DNA of 64,000 nucleotides, from positions 1 through 64,000 of the forward strand of contig CAZCME010000007.1 of the NCBI GenBank assembly GCA_964499705.1, read 5' to 3'. Shown here one piece after another: positions 9,374 through 19,035 of this stretch (positions within the stretch are counted from its first letter, which is position 1; every line of letters starts with the position of its first letter). The position numbers and the translations under genes are program-made. The stretch comes from an uncultured bacterium (lineage in GTDB: Bacteria > UBA8481). The notes below the pieces were generated by a model. It was given only the letters and a program-made list of their open reading frames with translations. It had not been told where the DNA came from and did not search any database.

Positions 9374-12300
9374 TTACCGTATCTTGATGAGACCTCGAAT
9401 GGCGGATGCCTTGGCGGCGTCGAGCCCGGGCACCTTGGAGAGCTCCTCCACGCCGCGGAACTGCCCGACATTTTCGCGATACCAGATCACGTTCCGCGCT
9501 TCCTGCACGCCGATGCCGGGAAGCATCTGGAGCTCTTCGAGCGACGCGACGTTGATGTTCACGCCCCGCTGCAACGGCTCGGCCAGGACCGCGATCCCCT
9601 GGTAGCGCCGCGATTCCGCTTCCAGCATGCCGATGCGCGACTGCACATTGGCGATCTCGCGGCGCAGATCGTCGGACTCGCGAATCAGGTTCTCCTTGTC
9701 GCGCCCGAGCTCTTCGAGCCTCCTTCGCGACGAGGCCAGATCTTCCCGCACCATCGCGTTCTCCCGAACCACCTTCTGGTAGATCTCGGAGCGCATCAGC
9801 ATGGTCGTGTCGTGGCGCGTCAGGGCCGCGACCTGTTCCGTCGCGCGCTTGGCTTCCAGTTGAGCGGCTTCCAGGCGGCGCTGGTATTCGGCCTCGAACT
9901 TGGCGAGCTGCTGGTCGTATTCGCGCTGACTCCGGATCCGGTCCGCTTCAAAGGTGGCCTCGATCCGGGCCTTCTCCTCGATGAAGCGTACCTGCGCGTC
10001 CGCCTCGATGTTGATGCGTAGCTGTTCCGCGAGGGCGAGCCGCTTCGCGAGCGCTTCCGCCGCGAGCCGTTCCCGCTCCTGCGTGATCTGGCGGAGCGCT
10101 TCCGAATCCGCGGCCATCTGGGCCCGGCGAATTTCTTCCGCCGATTGAACACGGGCCCGGTCGACCTGCATCTGGGCCGCGCGCATGATCTGAGAGACCT
10201 CGGATTCGGACTTCACCCGCACTTCCGCCAGTCGCGCTTCCGCGGCGTACTGGCTCCGCGCCACCCGCGCGTCGGCGGATGTCCGGACATTCTTGACGAA
10301 GAACCGGAGCCGGTCGACCGGCTTGTCCGCCAGCGCGTAGGAATCGGCGCCCATTTCCTTCAGGCCCCGATCGACTTCGACGAGCATGTCCGACATGAGC
10401 TGGCGCACTTCGCGGACGGCGAGATCCGACTGGGCCTTGACGCGTTCCGCGGAAGCCTGCGCTTCCTCCCGGAGCGCGCGTTCCCGCTCGATCGACGCCG
10501 AGAGTTCCGCCAGCTTCAACCGCGCCTCGTCCGTCGCCTTCTGGGCCTCGGTAATCCGCTGGCGCATCGCCGTGAATTCCGGGTTCTCCCGGGAGGTGTC
10601 TCCGGCGGCCACCCGCATGCGCCGCATCGCGGCCTCGGCGACCTCGGCGCGCATCTCCGCGGCGGCCAGCGCTTTCCTCACGTCCACGAGGCTCATCGCC
10701 GGAGCAGACGGCATCGCGGGCATCGTATCCCCGCCGCGCAGGGAAGGCCGCGGCGTCGGCAAAACATCCTGGATAACCCGCGCGATCGCCGTATCAGCGG
10801 ATGCAGCGGCTGGAAGCGGCGCATTCGCAGAAGCCGGAGTCGCCATGGCGGTGGCAAGATTCGCCTTCAGCGCGGCCAGTTCCACCTGCATTGTCGCCAT
10901 CTTCGCCGCGACGGCATCGTCGATCTTTTTCGCGGCGCGGCGCTCCACTTCCGATTCCATCGATTGCTGGCTACGCGCCCGCAGCTCATCAAGCTGCTGG
11001 CGGGTGAATTGTTCCGTGGTTCGGACTTTCGAATCCGCCTCTTCCCGGATCTTCGCGACGGTCGACGCTGTCCGCTCTTCCATCTCCCGCAACTTCGCAT
11101 CGGTCGAAGATTCCTGGTCCGCGATCCGGCGCCGCGCATCGGCCTCGGCTCGGGCGATGCGCTCGTCGGCCCCCTCGCGAAGTTCCTCGAATCGCCGCTG
11201 CCACACCAGCCGCTCCGATTCGACCGCGCTTTTCACTTCGTCCCGCGACGTGACATCGCGATAGATGCGCTCGTAATCGAGCGCGCGCACCGCGTTTCCG
11301 AGCGCGGCATAGCCGTCCGCCAGGGCTCGATAGGGCCGTGGATCGTTCTTCACGAGGTTGAGGAGCTTCTCGTAAATCTCCACGGCCGCGCGATGTTCTC
11401 CCAGTCTCTGATGGACGGCGGCCAGGGCGAACATGATCTCCGTATCGCCCGGATGCTCGCGCCAGGCGCGTTCCAGTTCCGGCTTCGCCTTGTCCGGCAT
11501 CCCCGCATCCAGGTAGGCCTGACCGAGCAGGGGCAAGATCTCGCGGAAATTGCCGGCGGAGGATCGGATCGACTCGAGCTGGGCGACCGCATCGGAAGGC
11601 CGACCGATCTTGGAGAGGGCGGCCGCCAGTTTGAAGCGGGCCAGGATGTCGGACGAGTTGAGACTGACGGCGCGGCGCAGATTCTCGGCGGCTTCGCCGT
11701 AATGACCGCGGTCGAACTGGACGAAGCCGAGGCAGCGATAGGCCTGAGCCTTGTCATCGACGAGCAGGATCGCCCTCTGGAGCTCCTGCTCGGCCTCGAC
11801 CAGGTTCCCGCGCGCGGCCTCCAGAATTCCCAGGTTCAGCCGCGCATCGCCGTTATCCGGAACCCTGTCGATGATCTTCCGATACAGGACCGCGGCGTCC
11901 TCGAGCCGGCCGAGCCGGTGCTCGGAATAGGCGCGGACGGCAAGCGCCGCCGGATCTTCCGCCAGCGCCGGATTATTCTCCAGCAGGCGCGATGCTTCGG
12001 AATACTGGCCCGACTTCATCGCGATCTGCGCCATCGACATGAGAATCGCGGGATCGTTCGGTTTCAAGGCGAGCGCATTCTGATAGGACTTCCTGGCCAT
12101 CACCGTATCGCCAAGCCGCCAGTGGATGTCACCGAGCGCGATCTGGTATTCCGCGGATTTCCGATCCAGTTCGGAAGCGCGACGATAATAAGGAATCGCG
12201 TCCATGGATCGGTTCAATTTTGCGAGGAGCCTCGCCGCCATGACGTGCGCCTCGACGAACTGCGTGTCCGCGGCGGCAGCGCTTTGGAATTCCTCGGTGG

Positions 12301-12526
12301 CCTTCAGGAAGAGTCCCGAGCGGTAATACTGCATGCCCAGGTCGTAATGCGTTCGCGCGATCGTCGCCATCGGGGATGCGGCGGCGACTCGTGGAGCCTG
12401 CGCGGAAGCAGGCGACGCGATGAGGAAGATCAAGGCGAAAAATGCCGGAACCATCGAAAGGGTGATGTGAAACCTGCGTGGCCGGCTGCGTTGTTGGTCT
12501 GCGTTCATGGCTGCTTTCTCTCCCAT
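9374..12526 (-). CDS. exported TPR + coiled-coil protein with C-terminal ComEA-like helix-hairpin-helix domain
   Basis: Signal peptide, roughly ten TPRs, long coiled coil, VNINVASLEELQMLPGIG...WYRENVGQFRGVEELSKVPG. Confidence 0.85.
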   Translation of the reverse strand: MGEKAAMNADQQRSRPRRFHITLSMVPAFFALIFLIASPASAQAPRVAAASPMATIARTHYDLGMQYYRSGLFLKATEEFQSAAAADTQFVEAHVMAARLLAKLNRSMDAIPYYRRASELDRKSAEYQIALGDIHWRLGDTVMARKSYQNALALKPNDPAILMSMAQIAMKSGQYSEASRLLENNPALAEDPAALAVRAYSEHRLGRLEDAAVLYRKIIDRVPDNGDARLNLGILEAARGNLVEAEQELQRAILLVDDKAQAYRCLGFVQFDRGHYGEAAENLRRAVSLNSSDILARFKLAAALSKIGRPSDAVAQLESIRSSAGNFREILPLLGQAYLDAGMPDKAKPELERAWREHPGDTEIMFALAAVHQRLGEHRAAVEIYEKLLNLVKNDPRPYRALADGYAALGNAVRALDYERIYRDVTSRDEVKSAVESERLVWQRRFEELREGADERIARAEADARRRIADQESSTDAKLREMEERTASTVAKIREEADSKVRTTEQFTRQQLDELRARSQQSMESEVERRAAKKIDDAVAAKMATMQVELAALKANLATAMATPASANAPLPAAASADTAIARVIQDVLPTPRPSLRGGDTMPAMPSAPAMSLVDVRKALAAAEMRAEVAEAAMRRMRVAAGDTSRENPEFTAMRQRITEAQKATDEARLKLAELSASIERERALREEAQASAERVKAQSDLAVREVRQLMSDMLVEVDRGLKEMGADSYALADKPVDRLRFFVKNVRTSADARVARSQYAAEARLAEVRVKSESEVSQIMRAAQMQVDRARVQSAEEIRRAQMAADSEALRQITQERERLAAEALAKRLALAEQLRINIEADAQVRFIEEKARIEATFEADRIRSQREYDQQLAKFEAEYQRRLEAAQLEAKRATEQVAALTRHDTTMLMRSEIYQKVVRENAMVREDLASSRRRLEELGRDKENLIRESDDLRREIANVQSRIGMLEAESRRYQGIAVLAEPLQRGVNINVASLEELQMLPGIGVQEARNVIWYRENVGQFRGVEELSKVPGLDAAKASAIRGLIKIR

Positions 12527-12527
12527 C

Positions 12528-15107
12528 CTATCGGATGCCAGGAGTCCCTCCTTGAAGGGGTATTTCGGCTCCCATGCTTTCTATCGCCTTCCGGATCATC
12601 TCCGTGGTCGCGAAATCCTCGGAATAGACAAGAGCCCGATCCAGGTCCGCGCGGGCGCGGGACATCATGCCCATCGCCGCGTACAGGCGGCCGCGGCGAT
12701 ACAATCGCGATGCCGTCACACGAACCTTGAGCGCCTCATTCAGGAACTTCTCGGCGTTTTCGTAGTCCCCCAGTTTCGCGTAAGCCCATCCCAGCGTGGA
12801 ATAGAAGGGCGCCTTGTCGGGCAGTTCGAGCGTCAGCGCCTCTTTCAGCAACTGAACGGCGTCCTCCAGATGTTCTCCTCTCTCCACCCAGATATCGGCG
12901 AGATTATTCCTCGCCACAGGATGCGCGGGATCGATCTCCAGGGCCTTGCGATACTCTTCAACCGCCTGATCGGCATAACCCAGCTTGCGATATTCGATCG
13001 CCTTGCGGATGAAAGCATCCGCAGGATTCATGGGGGATGAGGAAGTCGCCGAAGCCGGAGCCATCGCAGCGGGGAGGGCGGACGGCATCGTTCGCACGGC
13101 TGAGGCCGTTCCGCCGGCTTCCATGATCGTCCGTCGCGCGGGATCGATCATGATGTCGAACGCTGGCGCGGGAAGAACCTCGGGGGCGGAGATCTTCACG
13201 TCGGGTATGACGGGCGCGGCGGATGGAGCGGAAACAAGGGGCGCGGAGGGAGGCATGGATTCCGACGTCGTCGCGGGCGGCGGAAGCATCGGCTCGAATG
13301 ACATGGGGGCGACAGGAACCCGCGCGGGTTCGAGCGGCATATCGGGCGAAGGAGGAATCGTGACCGGCATGGCGGTCACGGGCACCGACGGCGACAAGGC
13401 CGGAGGAGGCAGAGGCGAAAATAGTTCCGTGCTCATCGACGACGGCACGGGCTCGGCTGGAATCATCCTCGTCGCGGGAGCGGCGATGGATGTGCCTCCG
13501 GAAGCAGGCATGCCGGCTTCCATACTGCCGGTGCTCTCCCAGATGGAAGGGAGCGGCGCGTCCGACGATGCCGGTGTCACCGGAGCAACCGCTTCAGGAA
13601 TCGCGGCGGGCGAGGTTGTCGCAACATCGGGTTCAGGTGTTACAGGCGGAACGATGGACGCGGATTCCCCGGAAGCGGGCGGACGATCGGATTGAGAAAC
13701 CGTGCCCGGATCGGCCATTCGATCAGCGATGAATTTCTTGGCGTCAGCATGAGCTGTGGTGCGCGGCGAAAAGACAGCTGAGCGGAGAATGGACGGGGCC
13801 GGAGGCACATCGATCCGCGACGTGCGCTGAAACCGATAGGGATCGATCAGATCGCGCCCGACGATATCCGCGGGCGGCGGAACCGAGGGAAGATCCGAGG
13901 GCGACTTCTCCGCCATGACGTCAGGCGTTGAAGGTTTCGTATCCGCCGGAGGGACACGAGACCAGCCGGCCGCGGTCTCCGCGCCGGCTTCCAAGCCATG
14001 CGTGGCGGGAACAATCGGGGGGACGGATGCGCTTGCTGCCGGCGCAACCGCTTCGGGCTGCGGGGCGCTCTGCTGCCCGATGCTGGCAGATACGGCCGGA
14101 GGACGGGGACGGCGAACGGTAATGGCTCGCATGCCGTACATCGTCCCGGCGGGCCGGATCACTGTGCCCGGAGTTTCATCGGCCTGAGAGGAAGACGCCT
14201 CGTCGCTTTTCGCGATCGTCCCGGCCGGTGACGTGACGGTGACCGCGGTCGCTGTAACGGCGGAACCGGATGGTGGAAGGAAACCGGACGCGGAAGGCGG
14301 AATCTCGGGCAAGATCGGTTTCGAGGAAGCCGAGGAGAAATCAACCACATCGACGTTGGACGGCGAGACGGACGAAGGACCTCTGCCGGATTCCCTCAGG
14401 AATTGATCGGGAAATATTTCCTCCGAGCCCGCCGTGACCGGTGATACCGCCGGTGATGCCATCTGCGTGGGTGCCGCGGGTTCCGCCGGCCACGTGCCCG
14501 CTTCAGCGGGATCCGTGGGCGCCTGGGGCCATGAAGCATTGGCTCCGGGTTGGCCCGCATCCGGCCGCGGTGAGCGCGGTCTCCCATCGGCAGGAACACG
14601 AGTCGGCCGGGGGCGGCCCTGGGGAGCGATGGCGCGGTCGCCATGAATGAGGTCCGACAACAGGACATCCGCCAGTTCCTGGGTAGCCCCACCCCGGACA
14701 GGCTGGGGTGTCGACGCGCCTTGCGGCGCGGGCGCTTCCGGATTGCGCTTGACGTCGGCCTCCACCTCGCGAATTCGCTGCTTCGCGGAGGCTGCGAGAT
14801 CGGAGGCGGCTCCGTAACGCGCGATCATGTCTCGATAGGACTCCAGCGCAGCCTGCCGTTGACCCATGCGTTCCTTCATAAGCCCCATGAAATACGCGGC
14901 GACGGGCGCTTCTGGCGCCGAAGGGTGCTCCGATACGATCTTCGCGTATTCGCGGAGAGCGACGCTGAACTGGCTTGCTTCGCGCAGGCGGTGAGCGTTC
15001 CTCAGAAGCGTGTTCGCTGAAGCCGCCGGTTCCGCGTGAGCGGCAACCGCCACGCAGAGAATAACGAGCGCCCGGGATGCGAGCCTCATGACTCGATCAC
15101 GCGGCAC
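12528..15107 (-). CDS. exported TPR protein with long Pro/Ala/Ser-rich disordered linker
   Basis: Signal peptide, N-terminal YbgF/BamD-like TPRs, central low-complexity region, C-terminal TPRs (ARNNLA, YSTLGWAY). Confidence 0.8.
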   Translation of the reverse strand: MPRDRVMRLASRALVILCVAVAAHAEPAASANTLLRNAHRLREASQFSVALREYAKIVSEHPSAPEAPVAAYFMGLMKERMGQRQAALESYRDMIARYGAASDLAASAKQRIREVEADVKRNPEAPAPQGASTPQPVRGGATQELADVLLSDLIHGDRAIAPQGRPRPTRVPADGRPRSPRPDAGQPGANASWPQAPTDPAEAGTWPAEPAAPTQMASPAVSPVTAGSEEIFPDQFLRESGRGPSSVSPSNVDVVDFSSASSKPILPEIPPSASGFLPPSGSAVTATAVTVTSPAGTIAKSDEASSSQADETPGTVIRPAGTMYGMRAITVRRPRPPAVSASIGQQSAPQPEAVAPAASASVPPIVPATHGLEAGAETAAGWSRVPPADTKPSTPDVMAEKSPSDLPSVPPPADIVGRDLIDPYRFQRTSRIDVPPAPSILRSAVFSPRTTAHADAKKFIADRMADPGTVSQSDRPPASGESASIVPPVTPEPDVATTSPAAIPEAVAPVTPASSDAPLPSIWESTGSMEAGMPASGGTSIAAPATRMIPAEPVPSSMSTELFSPLPPPALSPSVPVTAMPVTIPPSPDMPLEPARVPVAPMSFEPMLPPPATTSESMPPSAPLVSAPSAAPVIPDVKISAPEVLPAPAFDIMIDPARRTIMEAGGTASAVRTMPSALPAAMAPASATSSSPMNPADAFIRKAIEYRKLGYADQAVEEYRKALEIDPAHPVARNNLADIWVERGEHLEDAVQLLKEALTLELPDKAPFYSTLGWAYAKLGDYENAEKFLNEALKVRVTASRLYRRGRLYAAMGMMSRARADLDRALVYSEDFATTEMIRKAIESMGAEIPLQGGTPGIR

Positions 15108-15543
15108 GGCGTTTTCCTCTCACCTTGTGACCTGCGGGATGGAACTCCACTACCTGCCAGTCGGGCGTGAAATAGGATCCCATATCCTGCATGACAAGCC
15201 TGTATTCGAAGCTTCCCAGTCCCGATTTGGTGGCGTTGAGGGACTTGTCGAACTTCACCTCGTACACGATGAAGCGCGCCGTATCGTGATCCGTCGGGGA
15301 CGGACCGGAGACGCGCGTGATGCGGAAATCCTGGGAGATGCCCTGCGGCGGCATCGTGATCTGGTCGGGAGGAAGCGGCGGAGTGTAGGAGAACTTGATG
15401 CTGAGGATGCCGTTCTCGATGCCCAGCCTCAGTTCCTCCACCCACGCCTTGGATTTCTCGTTGGGGAGATAATCGAGGACCACGCGCATGTAGCAGTACC
15501 AGCCCAGGGCGAGAACGGCGCCGATGAAGATCCAGTTTTTCAT
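15097..15543 (-). CDS. hypothetical protein with N-terminal membrane anchor
   Basis: MKNWIFIGAVLALGWY hydrophobic start; overlaps both neighbours; GGAG RBS. Confidence 0.7.
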   Translation of the reverse strand: MKNWIFIGAVLALGWYCYMRVVLDYLPNEKSKAWVEELRLGIENGILSIKFSYTPPLPPDQITMPPQGISQDFRITRVSGPSPTDHDTARFIVYEVKFDKSLNATKSGLGSFEYRLVMQDMGSYFTPDWQVVEFHPAGHKVRGKRRAA

Positions 15544-16730
15544 TGAGACACGCTCCTTCCTTCCAGCGCCAGCAGGTTCGAGCGCGCCGAGGAATGTTCA
15601 GGATTGAACGATAACGCCTTCGCAAACGCTTTCCGAGCCGAAAGGATATCACCCAGTTTATAGTGCGCCAGTCCCATGTTATAGTATATGTCGGCATTTG
15701 ATTCCTGGAGCTTAGCGGCGTTTTCATAGGCCTCCAAAGCTTCACGAGTCCGCCCGGCTTTGAAAAGCGCGATTCCCATGTTGTTCCAGGCCGATGGGAT
15801 CGACGAATCCTTCGCGATCGCTTCGCGGTAATAGGAGATCGCCAGCGGGTAGTCTCCGAGCCGCGCCGCGATCTCCCCCTTGTGAATGATCTCCGCGGCG
15901 CCCGGGGCCGGAGGAACATTCCACTCCGCGTGACGATAGGAATTCGCGGCGCCGGCCAGGTTGCCGAATTCCTTCGTGAGCCCCAGTCTCACCTGCCAGT
16001 CGGGACTTTCCTTCGTAACGCCCGCGCCGCCCGAAAGCGCGAACTCCAGCGTCGGATTGATCTCCTTCACGATGCCCAGCTCAGCCATGATATCGCTCCG
16101 GACACCCGGAATGATCTGGCCGCCCGAATTCGCGCCGACGGTCCAGCGGAGCGTTTCATACAGGCGGCGTTCATAGCCGAGCCCCCACATGAAGACATCT
16201 TCCCTGTTGGCCATGAAGATGGTGTAACCGAGGTTCAAGTGGCCGGAGGATCGTCCGTCGCCGAAAGATTTGGATACGGAATAGAAAACGCCGAAGGAGA
16301 GCGCATCGCTCGAAAGCGCCGTGCCCGCCCCGTACCCCAGCTTCAGCTCCGTCGCGCTCGCCGGGACATTTCCGTCATCTTTTGTCATCTGGTATTTCAG
16401 GCCGAGCGCGACGTCCGAAATCCCGCTGCCTTCGAATTTCCGGTCCTCCGATTTTTGAAAGGCGAAGGGAACGTTCAAACCCACCTCGAGCCGCTCCTTC
16501 CATCCATAGCGAAGAGAGAGCGGAGACCGAACCACGTCGATGCGGCTGCTTTCGAGCTGGTAATCCGCGCCGGCGTCGATTCCGAACTTGAACTCGAAGA
16601 CGCCCGGCCAGAGCGTAGTCGCGTCATCGACGCCCACGGCGCCATAGCCGATCCGCGCTCCGGCGGGAAGAAAAGGCAGAATCGCCATCACTAGCGCGCC
16701 GAAGAGCGAACGGATTCTCAGGGTGAGCAT
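15540..16730 (-). CDS. outer-membrane beta-barrel (MetA-pathway/'transporter'-like) fused to C-terminal TPRs
   Basis: Amphipathic strands (LRYGWKERLEVGLNVP, GISDVALGLKYQ, WQVRLGLTKEF) followed by TPRs (AWNNMG, IYYNMG). Confidence 0.7.
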   Translation of the reverse strand: MLTLRIRSLFGALVMAILPFLPAGARIGYGAVGVDDATTLWPGVFEFKFGIDAGADYQLESSRIDVVRSPLSLRYGWKERLEVGLNVPFAFQKSEDRKFEGSGISDVALGLKYQMTKDDGNVPASATELKLGYGAGTALSSDALSFGVFYSVSKSFGDGRSSGHLNLGYTIFMANREDVFMWGLGYERRLYETLRWTVGANSGGQIIPGVRSDIMAELGIVKEINPTLEFALSGGAGVTKESPDWQVRLGLTKEFGNLAGAANSYRHAEWNVPPAPGAAEIIHKGEIAARLGDYPLAISYYREAIAKDSSIPSAWNNMGIALFKAGRTREALEAYENAAKLQESNADIYYNMGLAHYKLGDILSARKAFAKALSFNPEHSSARSNLLALEGRSVSQ

Positions 16731-16805
16731 GGGGAGGATATTACACGAATTCGGGAGTCAACTCCATAACGCGTTGCGCATCATGGCAGGCCGGAATTTT
16801 ATCCT

Positions 16806-18887
16806 TCACAACCCGGGCACGGTCACGCTCGACGATGGGAGCGGGCGGCGCTTGACCATATCTCCGGCGCGTATCTTCTCGCCTCCCTCGACCGGGATGA
16901 TTTCGCAATATCGCTCCGTCATCCCCGCCACTCGAGCCGTCGCGACGATCTCCTCGCGATGTCCCGGCCAATCCAGGCCGGGCACGAAGATATCCTTCGC
17001 GTTTCGGACGACCACGACCGTGTCACCGCCCTGCATGCCGTGAACGCGCCCCAGGTTGACCGTGACGGTCTTGCCCCCCTGCCTCCGGATGACAGATCCC
17101 TGCAGCGGCACCTGCTGAGAAAAACTGCGGGCGATCTCGAGGAGCACGCGGTTCAAGGCTTCCGGCCCCTTCAGGGAATAGGATTGCGTCCAGAGCACGC
17201 GCCCCCCCGGAATCCGCACCGCCTTCACTTCGATCGTGATATCTTCCCGCGCCTCAAGGATTCTTCCTTCGACAATCACGTCCGCTTTCAGATCGTCTCC
17301 CAGCTGTCCGGGATCAACCTGTTCCGCCCGCGTGGCCATCCTCCTCACCGCGGCATTCTGGATCGTCTCGGGCGGTATGATCTCGAACCCGGGAAGAAGA
17401 CCAAGCGTGAAATTGAGCCATTCCGTGACAAGGGAGCCGATGCGCATGTGCACCGGCGGAGCGGCCTCCACAAAGGGCAGGATCGCAATCCGGAGGTGGG
17501 GCTTGACGACGGGATTGACTCCCCAGCGAACGCGCGCCTCCAGGGTCTCCGGGTTCCCGATGAGATCTCCCAGCGTGCTCGTCGGCAGATCCCAGATCTC
17601 TCCGAACTCGACACGATGCACGCTCTCCATTTCCGAGAGCGCCTTTCTTGTGATCACTTCCATCAGGTCGGATGCGACCAGCCGCTCATTCTGCGAACGC
17701 GTCAGTTCCTCGACCCTCTGCAGCTCCTTCACCGCCGAGGCGAACGTTCCGACGCGGTTGAGAAACCGCGCCATCTGGAGCCGCGCGTCGGAAAGCTGCG
17801 GCGCCAGCCGAATCGCGGTCTTGTAATTCTTGTACGCCAGCAGCGCGTTGTTCACAGCCTCGGCTTCGGTTCCCTGGGCCAGCCGTCGCGCGGCCAGTTC
17901 GAGCCGGCGTGTATCGTCCGCCGGATACATCAGAACGCGCACCTGCTCGAGCCGATCCAGCGCGAGATCGTCCTCCGGATCGTAGACGAGCGCCTCGAGA
18001 AAAGCGTTTTCCGCGGCGGGAAGCTGGCCCGCGGTCCAGAGATCGACGCCTCGATTGTACGCACCTTCGGCTCCGATCTGAGCCGTGAGTTCCGCGGCTT
18101 CCTGGTGCCTGTCCTGGCTGCGCGCGATCCCGGCCATCTCCATGAGCGAATACGGCCGCCCGGCGGCGAGAGCCTGGGCACGGTTGAACGCGGCCAGCGC
18201 GTCCACATCACGACCGAGCGCCCTGAGAGATTCCCCCAGCGTCTGCCATCCCCAGTAGAGCGCGGTATCGGTAAGAACCGCGCGTTCCAGAAGGTCGACC
18301 GCATCGACCTCACGTCCTTCCATCCGCGCAATCATGGCGCGCCCCACGAGCGCCTCGGCGTCGTCGGGCTCGATGCGGAGAAGTTCGCGAAAACGCCGGT
18401 CGGCTTCGGCCAGGAGCCCGCGATCGGGATCAAGGCCGTCGACCCGCAAGGCTCCGTCCTGAGCCTTCTTCAGGGAAATCCAACCCAGCAGCCGGTAGGC
18501 ATCGGCGCTTTCCGGATGTCCCGAGAGAATTTCATGGGCGCCGCTTTCAGCGTCGTCGACGCGACCGAGCCTCAGCAGAACGGTCAGCCGTTTCAGCCGG
18601 TGCTCCGGTTCGTCGGCCGAGAGGTGGACCGCGCGTTCATAGGCCGCCAGGGCCTCGTTCAACCGGTCATTGGCCTGGTAAAAATCCCCCAGCTTCGCCC
18701 AGACCTCGATGTCATAGGGATTCTTCCGCAACGTCTCCAGCAGAAGCGACTCCGCCCGCACCGTGGCTCCGGTCTCCAGGAGCCCTTCCGCGGCCAGGAG
18801 CCCCTGAGACTGACCATAGTATGCGAACGAAGCGGCGGACAGGGTGAGAACGCCCGCCATGAGGAAAAGTTTTCGCAGGTTTGGCAT
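16806..18887 (-). CDS. exported TPR protein with C-terminal CsgG/TolB-N-like and FlgT-C-like domains
   Basis: Signal MPNLRKLFLMAGV, multiple TPRs, IAILPF...LKADVIVEGRI, VTVNLGRVHGMQGGD. Confidence 0.75.
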   Translation of the reverse strand: MPNLRKLFLMAGVLTLSAASFAYYGQSQGLLAAEGLLETGATVRAESLLLETLRKNPYDIEVWAKLGDFYQANDRLNEALAAYERAVHLSADEPEHRLKRLTVLLRLGRVDDAESGAHEILSGHPESADAYRLLGWISLKKAQDGALRVDGLDPDRGLLAEADRRFRELLRIEPDDAEALVGRAMIARMEGREVDAVDLLERAVLTDTALYWGWQTLGESLRALGRDVDALAAFNRAQALAAGRPYSLMEMAGIARSQDRHQEAAELTAQIGAEGAYNRGVDLWTAGQLPAAENAFLEALVYDPEDDLALDRLEQVRVLMYPADDTRRLELAARRLAQGTEAEAVNNALLAYKNYKTAIRLAPQLSDARLQMARFLNRVGTFASAVKELQRVEELTRSQNERLVASDLMEVITRKALSEMESVHRVEFGEIWDLPTSTLGDLIGNPETLEARVRWGVNPVVKPHLRIAILPFVEAAPPVHMRIGSLVTEWLNFTLGLLPGFEIIPPETIQNAAVRRMATRAEQVDPGQLGDDLKADVIVEGRILEAREDITIEVKAVRIPGGRVLWTQSYSLKGPEALNRVLLEIARSFSQQVPLQGSVIRRQGGKTVTVNLGRVHGMQGGDTVVVVRNAKDIFVPGLDWPGHREEIVATARVAGMTERYCEIIPVEGGEKIRAGDMVKRRPLPSSSVTVPGL

Positions 18888-19035
18888 CAAGAGGAATATC
18901 GGCAGGGGGAGCGGGCAGGGATAAGGGGATTGCATGAAAAAGCAGAGATCGCCGGATATCATGGCATCGCGCGCGCAATTACAAGCCTCTGCGGCAGGCC
19001 TCGGTTCGAATTTTGTCAAACATGGGAGGGTCTTG

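Noticed and set aside
10145-12730. Long + strand ORF (861 aa) and similar long antisense ORFs (16959-19097, 30997-32511, 32499-33887, 53889-56102)
   Set aside because: They mirror well-supported minus-strand genes, have R/G/H-rich unnatural composition and no motifs. Such shadow ORFs are expected in GC-rich DNA.
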